64,000 bases of DNA, taken from NCBI RefSeq assembly GCF_032444005.1, contig NC_091284.1, forward strand, positions 463,264,001 to 463,328,000, written 5' to 3'. Every line of letters starts with the position of its first letter. The stretch's first letter is position 1. Under the pieces are notes generated by a model that made no database searches, was not told the DNA's origin, and saw only the letters and a program-made list of their open reading frames with translations. The translations under genes were made by a program, and so were the position numbers. Shown in pieces: positions 38,236 to 51,931 of the stretch. The DNA comes from Ranitomeya imitator. Its lineage: Eukaryota.

Positions 38236-39626
38236 TTAATGAGTTTTCCCACAAACAAGTTTTTAATCAATAGTTCTTGGAATAATAATAAGTTCTGCAA
38301 ATGGATGTGTTAAAACAATGTTCGTGTGTAGAGATAATCTTATAAATCTCCCCCTGTTATTTGCTGCTTAATGGATGTGCCTGACTGTGCAGGAACATGG
38401 TCTGAATCAACCATATATCCTGGCCAGTGGGGAAAGCAAAAGAGTTTATACAGATAGGGCAGCATGATTCTTTTTGTAAGCTAAACATTTCCCTGCCTGT
38501 TTTTGCACAGGAGTGAGTGTTTCTGTCACATCTCTACCACTCTGAGCTCACCATAAATCAAGTCAGTGACACATGAGTTCAACAACAGCTGGAGCACCTA
38601 CTTCACTGACTTGATTTCTGATCAGCTCAGGGAACTGGAAACATGCAGAAATACTCACTCCTATCATAAACCAGACAGAGAAATGTTTTACCCCACAGAA
38701 AGAATCCTCTGAGATCCTGTGCTGTCCTGCCTGTATGCTTTATTTTGCTTCCTCCCATTGTGGTATGTGCAAAAAATGTTCTTACACAATAAGACACAGC
38801 CATTACACAGTACACAGCCGGGGCACATTTATAATATTTATAATATCTCAGCACAGGAGCATTGTTTTTAACACATCTAATTGTGGAACGTATTATTATT
38901 CCAAGATCTGTTGATGAAAATGTACTTTGTTCGTGGGACAACTCGTTAAATCCATGCGGGAAAAGATAATATGCTTTATAGTTATATAGGAAGCGAGTGT
39001 TGTAAAATAATGTCAAGGGTTTATACCAAAAATGGATATCATCCTGCACAAGTAATTTTGTTATGTACATCTTTTCAGTTAGATGGAAAGCTTCGAGATT
39101 AACACCGATTCCCCTGCATTATGTGGTTATTTCAATCAAGGGCACATTGTGTGACGCACAAGATACTGGTGCAGAATGCCAAGCATAAAAATAAATAAAA
39201 CAAGACGATGCAGATTAACAGGAAGCATTTCGTCATGCTGATTCACAGCACTTTGCTATCTACAATGTACGTCTCACTAATATATTACCTACCACAGAGT
39301 ATGAAAGCAGATTCATCATTTCAGATCATTATAATGAATTATATGAAACTATGAAATAAACTTAATTATTATCTTTCAAGAGTCTCAGGAAAAAAACAAA
39401 ATTATTATGTATCGGAACATCTTCACATTATGTTGTTTAAAATGAATGCTGGTAAAAGAGAAATATACTGTAATTATGAAAAATAATGTAAGCTTACTCT
39501 GCATATTATGTTACATTGAACAACCTCTTGAAAGTATGTTATATTTACAATGGGATTTAATGGCAGATGCTTGCATACGTCTGGGGCACCATTCCGAAGC
39601 ACCCTTCTAATACTGTATATATGTTG

Positions 39627-40494
39627 AAAACACAGTGGACCTACACCAGCAGATGACATGGTTCCCCAAACCATCTCTGATTGTGGAAACTTCACATTAG
39701 ACCTCAAGCAGCTTGGATTGTCTGTCTCTTCACTCTTTCTCCAGACTCTGGGACTTTGATGATGATTGTTTCAGGAGCCATGTCATCTGCTGGTGTAGGT
39801 CCACTGTGTTTTATCAAGACCAAAGTCAGCGCCGCCGTCTGTCTATCAGGAAATTTTAAAGCACTTCTTCATTCACTCTCCTGACAAGCTTATTGGAGAT
39901 GGAAATTTCATTCTCTAGCAGGACTTGGCACCTGTCCACACTACCAAAAGTACCAATACCTGGTTTAAAAACAACAGTATCACTGTGCTTGATTGGCCAG
40001 CAAACTCCCCTGACCATAACCCCATAGAGATAATCAATGGGGTATTGTCAAGAGGAAAATGAGAGTCACCAGACCCAACAATGCAGACGAGCTGAATGCT
40101 GCTATCAAAGCAACCTGGGCTTCTATAACACCTCAGCAGTGCCACAGGCTGATCGCCTCCATGCCAACGCTGCATTGATGGAGTAATTGATGCAAAAGTA
40201 GCCATGACCAAGTATTGAGTGCATTTACTGAACATACATTTCAGTAGGTCAGCATTTCAGATTTTAAAATAATTTTTTCAAGTTGGTGTTATAAAGTATT
40301 CTAATTTACTGAGACAATGACTTTTGGGTTATCATTGGCTGTAAGACATAATCATCAATATTAACAGAAATAAACTCATGAAATAGATCACTCTGTTTGT
40401 AATGACGATATAATATATGAGTTTCACTTTTTGTATTGAAGAACTGAAATTAATTAACTTTTTGATGATATTTTAATTTTGTTAGATGCACCTG
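39627..40494 (+). mobile_element. Rearranged Tc1 3' fragment
   Basis: GAMSSAGVGPLCFIK, QQDLAPVHT and WPANSPDHNPIE remnants; ends CACCTG|TA; the first ~130 bp are inverted. Confidence 0.8.
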
Positions 40495-41131
40495 TACAAT
40501 TGCTCATTTTGCCTTAATATCTGGCTAATTCTTCTCTTTTCCCTAAGGACTATAACATCATGTGATTAAAAAAGACCAGCTAAATCCTTCTTAGCTTTAT
40601 GTAGAAACAAGAAGTCTCTTGTCCCTGCTTGAGTCATCCCGCTAGTCATTTTTTTAGGTGATTTTATAAACCTAATGGAAAAGAGAAGAATTAACTGACT
40701 AAAAGGGCAAAATAAGCAATTTTAAGTACACAGTGCCATATGATATGATAATTGCAATATATTAAAACAAAAATTTGGATAGGAATACTTCTTTTATGGA
40801 GAAAACACCCCCCTAATGCCACGTCCACTTTCATTACTTAGGACCAGGTCACTATCTGGATATATAGATTCACCTTTTGTACAGTAATTGCTCTCCTCCC
40901 CAGTCAATACATTAGTCACGTCTTCAACTTCTCAGTCATTCTTTTGCTCTGCACAGCTGTACCCTCCTGATTGTTAAAATGGCTCACCAGTCCCAGCAGC
41001 ATGGTTCACTCTGATTTTTTGTGAACACTTAATAATATTCAAAACAAATGCTATTACATTCATCTTGGTACTACTCATGCCATGTTCTATGTTTGAGTCC
41101 AATCAAGGAACCAAGAGCCTAGATCCATTAC

Positions 41132-41223
41132 CTCTGCTGCATGGCAAATGGCTTCTTTGGCTTTGTGTCGCATGAGAGCTCCTCCCGGGAAAAGTGGGTG
41201 GGTTCTGTTAGAAGGTTCAAGAA
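41132..41223 (-). CDS. Exon of dynein heavy chain-like gene
   Basis: TATTTTAG acceptor, GAG|GTAATG donor; phase 1 to 0 links 48165 to 34458; LEPSNRTHPLFPGGALMRHKAKEAICHAAE. Confidence 0.75.
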
Positions 41224-41808
41224 CTAAAATACCAAATGTATTTTCCTCCAGTGCTAGAAAGAAAAAATTTTTAAATAGTTGACACAGGAATGAATCGCTG
41301 CCACTGAATACACAAAAGGAATAACGGACATAAAGTGTGCATGTAGAATTAGTTGTAAGAAGGCGCAGCCTCTCACAATGAAGGGGTCACCATTTGGCCA
41401 GCTCCACATTTCTTCCTTTCTGGTGCCTTTCCAGTAATAATTATTTTATTCTTATTTCTTATGTTTGATTATGTATCTTTTTAAATAAATTTAACAGGTC
41501 TCATATTGTCCTCCTGATATCGACAAAGGATCTCAGATCTCAGATTCTGAGCTATTAATTTTCAGGTGCTGAGATCCATCAGAGTTGTCCAGGAGAATTT
41601 CAAATGTCTGTTATACTAGATCTAATCTAAAAATTGTTTAGTTATACAAATAAAAGAGTATTTAGCTTGATAGCTAATTTGTGGGGATAAAGCAGAGGGG
41701 ATGAAATACATGGTCAGTCCTCTTCAGTAGGAGTAATGACTCCAAAGAAAGACATATATACTGCAGCCATCTACTCCAAAGCTAACTACAAATATTTCTG
41801 TGCATGTA

Positions 41809-42733
41809 CAGTCATGGCCGAAAGTTTTGGCACCCTTAAAATTGTTCCAGGAAATTAAGTGTTTCTAAAAAACAATTATTGCAATTACATGTTTTGTTAT
41901 ACACATGTATATTTCCTTTATGTGTATTGGAACACAAAAAAAGAGCAAAATGGCAAATTGGACATAATTTCACACAAAACACCTAAAGTGGTCAGAATTG
42001 TTGGCACCCTCAGCTTAATATTTGGTTTCATACCCTTTTGGAATAAATAACTGCAATCAATCGCTTCCTATAACCATCAACAAGCTTCTTACACCTCTCA
42101 ACTAGAATTCTGGTCTTTGGAACCTGATTGGGGCTTCTTATTCACCTACCGGACTTTCCTGAGTTGCAACCTCTCATCAATTTTTCTCTGCCGTCCATGT
42201 CCAGGGAGATTACCTACAGTGCCATGGGTTGTAAGCTTCTTGATTACGTTGTGCACAGTGGAGAAAGGAATATCAAGATCTCTGCAGATGGACTTGTAGA
42301 CTTGAGATTGTTGATATTTTTCCTCAGACAATTCTCTACTCCTATTTCTGTTCTCCATGTTTAGAGTGGCACGTACAGACACACAATGTAAAAATTGAGT
42401 CAACTTCTCTCCTTTTTATCTAGCTTCAGGTGTAATTATCATATTGCCCCACATGTTACTTGCCACTGGTGAGTTTGAACGAGCATCTCATGTTTTAAAC
42501 AAAGTTGTTTACCAACAATTTTGGAAAGGTGCCAACAATTTTCTTCCCTTAATTTTGGAGGTTTTGCGTGAAATTATGTCCATTTTTTCTTTTTTCTCTG
42601 TTTTTTTGTGTTGTTCCAAAACACACAAAGAAAATAAACATTGATATAACAAAACATGTAATTGCAATAACTTTCTGGCAGAACTACTTATCTGGAACAA
42701 TTTCAGGAGTGCCAACACTTCCGGTCATGACCG
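41809..42733 (-). mobile_element. Internally deleted Tc1 (CAGTCATGGCC family)
   Basis: TA-flanked ~200-bp IRs; N-terminal transposase remnant (KYQQSQVYKSICRDLDIPFSTV..PGHGRQRKID); same family as 61793-63248. Confidence 0.88.
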
Positions 42734-43199
42734 TATATGTCAATAGGTGTAATCCATTGTGTAGCTGATAGTTCACCTCTAGAACCATATGGATGAGCAT
42801 GCATTATCATGTGAATGAGTGAGCAATGTGTGAATGTTTGCGTGCTAAGTGGTCACGTGGGTAGTTATTTTTGAACATGCGCATGCGAACAGGTGTTATA
42901 GAGCAGTACAATCTTTAAAGTTGCACAGAGCATTACTAAAGAGGTATTAATGACCCTAAAGGCTTTGAGTTCAATTCCATGCTGAGGATCACTAGACCTG
43001 CTGCAGGAACAGACCCAGAGAGAATAGTGCCCCTGTGAAGAAGAATATATGAACCCTGTGAAGTTCAATAGCTCATCATAATACACACCTGCTTTGAAGG
43101 AGAGAGTGGGTCCCCTTACCTTTTGAACCCATGTATGGTTTGCACAGGTTTCACCAATGGTATATTTGCCCTTGACCTGATGGCTGTCTTGTCACTTAA

Positions 43200-43567
43200 A
43201 GAGAATCTGGCAGAAGATATTTGCTACTTAATCTGAGAACATGCCATAGGGGCAGAGAGCCTGATTCCAGTGATATATCATTTACTGGACTGTTTGGTGC
43301 AGTTTTGATGTAATAGCTGTTTTCTCTACTGTAGACAGAGAAGTGATCTGATTTCTGAGCTCTATATAACCCTGCCAATCAGTGGGGGGGGGGGGGTGGA
43401 GTTACACAAATTAGCTGGATTGACTTCCAAGTGAGACCTAGTCCTCTATTGATAATTTCCTGCTGATAAAACACTGATTGCATTGTGACACTTCCATGGA
43501 ATCAGATGCTCTGCCCCTATATTATGCTGCCCTAAGATTAAATCAAAAGCCTGCTAACAGATTCCCT
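43200..43567. mobile_element. T2/Kolobok MITE
   Basis: TTAA|AGAGAATCTGGCAG ... CTAACAGATTCCCT|TTAA. Confidence 0.82.
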
Positions 43568-44305
43568 TTAAGATAGATGCAAATATTTATTAACGTTATT
43601 TTGCTTGTTTTTTGCCACATTAGATTAATGCTATTTGGGCAGTATATGATTGTATTATTTGGGCATTTTATTATACACCAGAAGGACAATGCATTTACCA
43701 AAAGCAGGCGTTGTCTACAGTCTATAACACTGACTCCTATAGCGTAAGCTCGTAATATTTTTTACCTATTTACATATTTGTATGTACATTATTCTATAGA
43801 TTCTAAGAACTGAAATTAAAAGCTGCTATTTGTACAAGCCTTTCCCATTTACTATATTTCCACATAGTAAAATATCACTTTTATTCACTTCCGGTGCTGA
43901 TGCTGCTCCAGCAGTGACGGCACTGTCTCTCAAGACTTGCATTACTATTATGTCACATGATCCTTGCGGCCAATGAGCAAGCGTTTCATCTACCCCTCGT
44001 TCGGACGTAACTGACATCCAGAGGGAGTGAGAGGAGCCGCAGCTCTGACTTCCTACGAATGTCAATTATGTCTGAAGGAAAGGACAGTGAAACAGCAGCT
44101 GATTGGCTACAGGGATCGTGTCACAACAATATCACATGAACCCTAGGAAACCCAGTGCCAACACAGCTGGAATGTAGCTGACACCGAAAAACATAGTTGG
44201 TGAGAAGGGGTTTTCTGAGTAGTGGACAACTCCTTTAAGCTAATACATGATGTACATCGGATCCCCACATCCATTTCTGAAGCCATTGCTGCTATATCCC
44301 AAATG

Positions 44306-44353
44306 GTCCCCTGATGAGCCTCTATACTGGGAAGGGGCGAAACGCGTAGGGAT
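44306..44353 (+). ncRNA. Minimal type I hammerhead ribozyme motif
   Basis: gUCCC-CUGAUGA-GCCUCU(loop)AGGGGC-GAAA-CGCG-UA-GGGAu: intact catalytic core, stems I and II, palindromic ACGCGU stem III, GUA triplet. Confidence 0.85.
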
Positions 44354-45511
44354 GGTGATATGGGACACACTGAGTCATATGTATTCAGATAAGTAAACTT
44401 TCTAATCATAGCAGACTGTGCCTGGCTCATTATGGCAGGAGTATATTAAGCGCCTTATTCTATGGCGTGGTGGCCATGAGAGACCAATGATATGGCTCAA
44501 CATGACGTTTTCTTTTGTGCATGTTTGCAATTTGGCATATAGACATGTTATTTATGGTGCTATATAGATAGTCACAATAATTTATTGTTGTTAGTCTCTG
44601 TTTTTTTGCTCAACAATAAATGGTAACAAACAGAATATTACGGCTATGAGTAACCACTGACAACTTTCATTCATCTGAAGCCTCTGTTTTCTGCCTGCTA
44701 TGGTTATTACTAGGCCATAGCTTAAATACTGTATTTGCCAACTATGATGGTAGGATAATGTCATTTGCACAAGAGCACTTTAATACTACTATAGTCTCCA
44801 ATTGTTGTACCTTAGTAGACTTTTTTTGCTCATCTGTACTTTTTTTTTTTTTTTTTTATATGTTGTGCATTTTACAGATTTTGGAGGTCATATCTGTATT
44901 CTTGAAAAATATCTCATTACTATACAGATTTTGGAAACTACTATTGATGAATATAAATTACACTAGTTCTTTTGGCCTCTAATGTACAGAGTATATTTTT
45001 GATAGGGTACATATTATTGTGCACGGCTTTATATTTATTCTAGCTGTTGCAGCAATACATTTTGCGCTGCTTCTATATCATTTTTTACATTCACAGCATG
45101 ACCTGGATAGTTGTGTGTATGGTGTGTGGGTTTGGGCATGGGTAGTTGTTAGGGCCCGACTAGGGCAAGAAGGGACAGCCGTCGCTGAGTGGGGGCGCCA
45201 CATCGTACTTTAGGGTGCCAACCTCCGCTGTCAGGAAGGCGTGAGTTCCATTAGGGTGATAAATAGGGATTTAGTCAGGAATATGTCTCTTCACTAAAAG
45301 AGTTCCTGCAGTACTCCAGCGACCTATCATACCCCACACAGAACTGGTGTTTATGATGTTGGTAGTTATTTTGTGTTTATGATCTATGAGATTTTAAGTA
45401 TTATTCATTAAAAGGTATTTTTTAGGGTTATTTTTCTTTTTTGGTTGTCATAGAGATTATACCCCTTGACTTATTTGTTCTGGTGTTTTGTACATCGGAT
45501 CATTGCATGTA

Positions 45512-46728
45512 CCGTATTTTTCAGACTATAAGACGCACCGGACCATAAGACTCACCCACAAATTTGGTGAAGAAAAAGAGAAAAAATATTTTTTTTATGT
45601 TAAATGGGGGTCTGTCTTATAATACCAGTGTCCGTCTTACAAATCATATGTCCCTCATCCTGGTATCTATATAACCCCCATCCTTGTGCTGGCACATGCC
45701 CCCCTGTGCTGCTGTCAGGCACATGCCCCCCTGTGCTGCTGGAAGGCACATGCACCCCGGGTCACTATATGCTCCCCTGTGCTGGCAAGCACATGCCCCC
45801 CTGGTCACAATATGTCCCCTTGTGCTGCTGGCAGGTACAGGCCCCCCAGTCACTATATGCCCCCCTGTGCTGCTGGAAGACACATGCCCCCCGTGCTGCT
45901 AGAAGACACATGCCCCCCTGTGCTGCTGGAAGACACATGCCCCCCGTGCTGCTAGAAAACACATGCCCCCCCGTGCTGCTAGAAAACACATGCCCCCCCG
46001 TGCTGCTGGAAGACACATGCCCCCTGTGCTGCTGGAAGACACATGCCCCCCGTGCTGCTAGAAAACACATGCCCCCCCGTGCTGCTGGAAGACACATGCC
46101 CCCCTGTGCTGCTGGAAGACACATGATAAAATAACAAACACTTAACTCACCTTCAGATGATGGCTCCGTGCTCACAGCTCCTCGGTTATGCTTCCTGCTT
46201 CCCAGGCATCGGATCATGTGACCTGGGCACACAGTGATGTCATCACTGTGCTGTGCCGATCACATGATCAGATGTATCATGTCAGCACAGACACAGGAAG
46301 CACAACAAAAGAGCTGTGAGCACGGAGCCATCATCAGAAGGTGAGTTAAGTGTTTGTTATTTTATCATGTGCCGGCCAGCAGCACAGGGGAGGGGGCATA
46401 TAAGAGTGACGGGCCATATCCATGATGGGAGGGGGGAGATGCAGGCACATGTAATATTCGCTGCTCCCCTGTGAATCAACTCAGGCAGCTTCAGCACCGA
46501 GGTGATGGACAGCAGGTGCAGTGAATATTACATGATGCTAATGAGCGGGAGCACAGGACCTCCTGCTGTCTGCAGCCAGCAGTCAGCCCACTCCAGCCCC
46601 CTGACACCACTCCAGAGCTGCTCCCCCTCTTCTACAGCACAGCACACAGATTCAGATTATAAGACGCACCCCACTTTCCCCCAAAATTTGGGGGAACAAA
46701 AATGTATCTTATAGTCAGAAAAATACGG
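45512..46728. mobile_element. Non-autonomous Tc1/mariner-superfamily (pogo/Tc2-like TIR) element with minisatellite
   Basis: TA|CCGTATTTTTCAGACTATAAGACGCA ... TCTTATAGTCAGAAAAATACGG|TA; palindromic core at about 46130-46370. Confidence 0.85.
45680..46125. repeat. ~28-bp minisatellite inside the MITE
   Basis: Repeats of ACACATGCCCCC(C/T)GTGCTGCTGGAAG. Confidence 0.93.
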
Positions 46729-47295
46729 TATTTTGCAATGTATGCCACTTTAACAACCAGTTATGAAAGGCAAATTGAGCTGTGTATGACCAGGTTTATG
46801 ACCCCAGCCTTAGTGTTGAAAGCTGGAGATGTATCTGAAAATATCAGAAAACAGAATGCTGATTTTTCTTGAGTTATGTGTTAAGACTAGAGTTAACTTT
46901 CCAAGCCGCGATACCTCTCTTTTATGTTAGTTTAAGAAAGGCTAAAACTTTACACAAGAGCAAGATCTATCACAAAAAGAAATGTAGTTGGTTTTCGACC
47001 TTAGTTCATTTCCCTTAATAACTAATTCAACCCTTACCTGCGCATGCAAAATGTGAGTGCTCTTAAAGGGAACCTGTGACCGTATCAGGGCTGGTGAATG
47101 GTCAGCACGCTATAATCATGCCCATTGCGTCTTGACTGAAATCCTGATTCGCAGTGTGTGCAGGACCGGATATCAGTCAAAGAGCTGTGACCGTGATTAC
47201 AGTGCGCTCACTGATTAGTAAACCCTTTCTATCGACAGCCCCAGGTACCAACCCGATGACTAAAACCAAGCAGCTGAAGGAAAAATATAACTTTA

Positions 47296-47899
47296 CTAGA
47301 TTGTGGCCCGATTCTAACGCATCGGGTATTCTAGAATATGCATGTTCCCGTAGTATATGGACCATGATGATTCCAGAATTTGCGGCAGACTGTGCCCGCC
47401 GCTGATTGGTCGAGGCAACCTTTATGCCATCATCGTCGCCATGGCAACCATTATGATATCTACGTCGATACTGTGCCCATCGCTGAATCAGAAACGTGGG
47501 ATGTCTACGTCCTTTATGACATCATCGTCGCTGTGCCCGTCGCTGATTGGTCGAGGCAACCTTTGTGACATCATCGTCGCCATGGTAACCATTATGACAT
47601 CTACGTCGATACTGTGCCCGTTGCTGATTGGTTGAGGCCGCCAGGCCTCGACCAATCAGAGACGCGGGATATCTACGTCCCTTATGACATCATCGTCGCT
47701 GTGCCCGTCGCTGATTGGTCGAGGCAACCTTTATGACATCATCGTCGCCATGGCAACCATTATGACATCATCGTCGCTGTGCCCGTTGCTGATTGGTCGA
47801 GGCCTGGCGGCCTCGACCAATCAGAGACGCGGGATTTCCAGGACAGACAGAAAGACAGACAGACAGACGGAAAAACCCTTAGACAATTATATATATAGA
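47296..47899 (-). mobile_element. Non-autonomous Helitron (604 bp)
   Basis: Minus strand reads A|TC ... hairpin CCCGAT/ATCGGG ... CTAG|T; (GACA)n near the 5' end; internal tandem repeats containing CTGATTGG. Confidence 0.85.
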
Positions 47900-48164
47900 T
47901 TTTCTCTTTCACTTTGAATTAGTCACACGCACATTTTTTAAATGACATTTACCTGCAGACTATATGGACTAATTTACACACTAGAACAGTAAAAAAGCAG
48001 ATAATTTTATAAAAGATGAATTTTAGTATCTATGAAATATATCATTATTGGTATTATCTTGCTGCAATCTTCCACAAATGTTTATTACTACAATAGGATT
48101 TACAGTCATTCTCTGACAAGCAAATATAAGGAGTTAACATCTTCCAGGACTCTTCTTTACTTAC

Positions 48165-48368
48165 CGGCTATGTTATTAATGCCTGGGCAGAGATCACGAA
48201 ATTCTAGGTCACTGGACAAAGTTTCAACATATCGACATAAAGCATCAGGAAAACGGTCTGGACAAACTGCGCGGACTACCAGTAAGTAGTGGAAGTCATC
48301 CAACTGAGTTCTCTCATCACCACATGCAGGAAGCCGAACATCACTTCCCTCTAAAGTGTCTTTTTCAC
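48165..48368 (-). CDS. Exon of dynein heavy chain-like gene (region before AAA6)
   Basis: ATACCAG acceptor, G|GTAAGT donor; phase 1 to 1; LDDFHYLLVVRAVCPDRF resembles dynein LxxFQKLLxLRxLRPDR. Confidence 0.92.
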
Positions 48369-48989
48369 CTGGTATTTAGTGTGAAAAATGTGACACTGTA
48401 AGTACACTGAAAATCAATCTGTTACAATTGTGGATTAAAGTAGCCAAACATTATCTTAACAGGGTTAGAAAATACATTTCACCATTAGATATTAAACAGT
48501 GAAACACAAGCAAAAACTGAACTAGCAAAAAGATTTGTCAATATTAATGGATAATAAAAAACATATAAAAAAGCATAACGTACAAAAAAAAGATTCAAAG
48601 TAACTACCAAAGTAATTGGTGGAATTTGGGGTAAAAACATCACATGACGCTGTCTCCACCACCGCTGTCACAATTGTTTACATGTGCTCCTGTCTATCAA
48701 CCCATAGAACAGATGAGAGGGAAGAACTTGGTCATGAAAGGGGAGAAACTGTTCTCCCAGTGTTTGTGTGGGTTGCCTCCAGGTTGGCCAGTATCCACGC
48801 ACGCTCCAAAACCTTACTCAGGGGTGATTTAGATTATGAGCCCCAGTGAAGATAGTGATAATGATGTCTGTAAATCACTGTAGAATGAATGGCGCTATAT
48901 AAGTGAGTAAATAAAATAAGATTTGTTATGAGCAGTGATGACTGAGCGAATAGTGAAATATTCGGATTTGGGAAAATCAACACAAATAA

Positions 48990-50187
48990 TCTATTTATGT
49001 AAATGCCTTGTAATGTTTTCATTTCCTTTTCTGTCCAGATGTCACTGTATGCCACAATTCCAAGTGGAGGAATTTCACAGACCGCCATATTGGGAGACAC
49101 AAGGGATGGGTGTCTCAATATGGAAACTGCTACTGGTACCAACCTATTGCGTGGTATGACCAGCGGAACAGCGTCGCACTACACACACACACTCTATACG
49201 CCTTATGCACCACACACACACACACACTCACATACACACTCATACACTCACTTACACACACACTCAGACTCATATGCTCACACTCACATTCACACTCACA
49301 CACTCACACAGCCTCTTGCGCGGTTCCACCAGCGGAACACCGTCGTGAACATGCCGCCGCCGGGATCAGCCAAATGATTCACCGAATGCCGCCATCTTTG
49401 TACAGGATGAGCGCATGCGCAGTTTTAATGTGACTGCCCCTGTCTGCACAAAGATGGCGGCGGTCTGATTTACTGCACCTGCGTGAATTACGCGCAGGTG
49501 CAGTGAATCATTCGGCTGATCCCGGCAGCAGATGCACGACGTGTCTACAGGCAGAGGAAGCTGGTCACGTTAAAGGGGTTTTCCTACAAATGAAAGCTCA
49601 TTTTAAAAATTAACTGTGTCTGACTATGTACGGAGCATACCACATCTCCTGCGCAGGGGAGGAAGCAAAAGATAATACTGACATTACAGCAGGGAATCAC
49701 AGTGGATTCATTTTGTGAGGTAAAATATTTCACTGACTGTTTTTAAAAAATATTTTACCTCAAAAAATATATCCTCTGTGATCTCCTGTTGTAATGTCAG
49801 TATTGTCTTTTGCTTCCTTCCCTTCCCAGGAGCTGTGGTATGTTCGGTACAACAATTTTTAAAATGTACTTTTGTTCGTGGGAAAACCCCTTTAAAAAGC
49901 AAATATCAACTCCAATATGGCTCCTCATAAAAAGTACGCCAATGACAATGAAAGAAAAGCAGCAAAGGCAGAACGTCGAAGACAACAAAAGGCAAATGAG
50001 ACTCTTGAAGACGAGCAGCTTCGCTGGGACAAAAACAATGCATATAAGCGTAGGCATCAAGCACATGACTCCCCTGATGAAAAAGTAGATTATCACAGGA
50101 TGCCATTAGGCAACAACAGTGCCGCATGCCTGCCCCCATCGTGACATTTCCGTCCTCTTGATGCAATAGCATTGGGCCTCCATCTAG
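48990..50187 (+). mobile_element. Probable Helitron-derived element with (CA)n, palindromic core and a nested T2 MITE (about 49575-49890)
   Basis: Starts A|TCTA, ends GGGCCTCCATCTAG|T like the other Helitrons; short K/R/E-rich ORF at 49917-50144. Confidence 0.55.
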
Positions 50188-51049
50188 TTTATAATATCTA
50201 TGTATTCGTACCGAATAACTAATCCAATGCAAGTCAATGGGAAAGCCAAATATTTTTGTGCTGGACCCAACAAACAGGTCTGGGGGAATGAGAAAAAAAG
50301 CTGAAATAGGAAAGAGCTAAAACTAAATGGGAACAGCTTGGAGAAGATGCCGTCATGTCTTTCTGACTCAAATATGGTATCTGGGAATAATGTTGTCAGA
50401 TGATAGTGGAGGGTTTATGGACTTATAAAAAGACTTACCAAAGCAAACCTAAATTTGTTTTTAAAGGGAAAAATGCTAAGAAATATTTTTTGCTTCATAA
50501 TTACATGTACATAACACAAAATATTAAAAACTCCCCTTTACCATATGTTCACACTGAGCATTTTGGCTTTATGTTTTCCTTTAACATTTGTGAGGGCTCT
50601 CACTCTTACATTTGGGAGGTCCCTCCCTCATTTCAAATTGCTAGCTAGATAGTGGAATACATATTCCCCATCACTGCACAATGCCAGCTAAAAGATGGCC
50701 ATTTGAGTTTTGAGCTTCACCCGTCACCACCACATCCACCGCCACGTCCTTATGCAGCCCTCGCTTGACATTTTTAGAGGGCCAGAAGGTGCCATGAAAT
50801 CTGAGTTTGAGAAGGGCCCTCAGGTGGTCCTGTATCATACATTGGGAGAGCTCTCCTATATTTGGGAGGTCCCTCCCTCATTCAAAATTGTTAGCTAGAT
50901 TGTGGAATACATATTCTCCATCACTTTAGAATGACAGCTAAAACACACCCATTTGAATTTTGGGCTTCGCCCGCCACCACCACCATGTCATTATGTGGCA
51001 CTCACTTGACATTATCAGAGGGCCTGCAGGTGCCATGAAACCTGAGTTT

Positions 51050-51759
51050 TTGGCCACAACCAGAAGCATTACATTTGGAGAGACGTCAACAAGGCCTATG
51101 ATGAAAGGAACACCTACTGTAAAGCACGGAGGTAGATTGCTTATGTTTTGGGGATGTGTGAGCTACAAAGGCACAGGAAACTTGGTCAAAGTTGAAGGAA
51201 AGAAGAATGCAGAATGTTATCAGCAAATTTGCACTCATCAGCTTGGAAGCTGTGCATGGGGTGTACTTGGAAGTTCTAACATGACAACGATCCAAAACAC
51301 AAGGCCAAGGTTATGAAGTGGCCATCTCAGTCTCCTGACCTCAATATCATTGAGCCACTCTGGGGAGATCTCAAGCACGCAGTTCATGCTAGACAGTTCA
51401 GAAATTTACAGGAACTGGAGACTTTTTGCCAAGAAGATAGGGCAGCTTTACCATCTGAGAAAATAAAGAACCTCATCCACAAATACCACAAAAGACTTTA
51501 AGTTGTCATTGATGTTAGAGGAGGCAATACACGGTATTAAAAAATGGGGTATGTGAACTTTTCATCAGGGTCATTTGGAGGTTTTGGGTTAACATTGTGA
51601 TTTAAAAAGAGAAAACACAGTAGTTTGACAATGAATGGCTTTATCAAACCACTAACCATGAGTGGAGAAAAAGTTTTGGTGTTACCATTCATATTCTCTG
51701 AAAAAAAGGCCAAAAAAGGAAAAATTCTGCCGGGGTAGGTAAACTTTTGAGCACAACTG
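51050..51759 (+). mobile_element. Tc1 3' fragment
   Basis: GGRLLMFWGC and [19 protein letters not shown] remnants; ends GCACAACTG|TA. Confidence 0.85.
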
Positions 51760-51931
51760 TATGCTGACAAAAAAACAACTGAACACTGCGCTGGGACAAT
51801 GAACTGGACGTGGTTGCTGACTGTTGAGTCTGTGCAACTGTAGGTTATGGGCATGTTGGCCTAATGCATATTGATCTGTATGTATTGCAACAACTATTGT
51901 TTGTTTAATATGATGTGATTTATATATCTGC

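Noticed and set aside
43120-43176. Strong AAG|GTAAGG donor with a 57-nt open frame
   Set aside because: Poor acceptor, no dynein motif, and flanking exons already join in phase without it.
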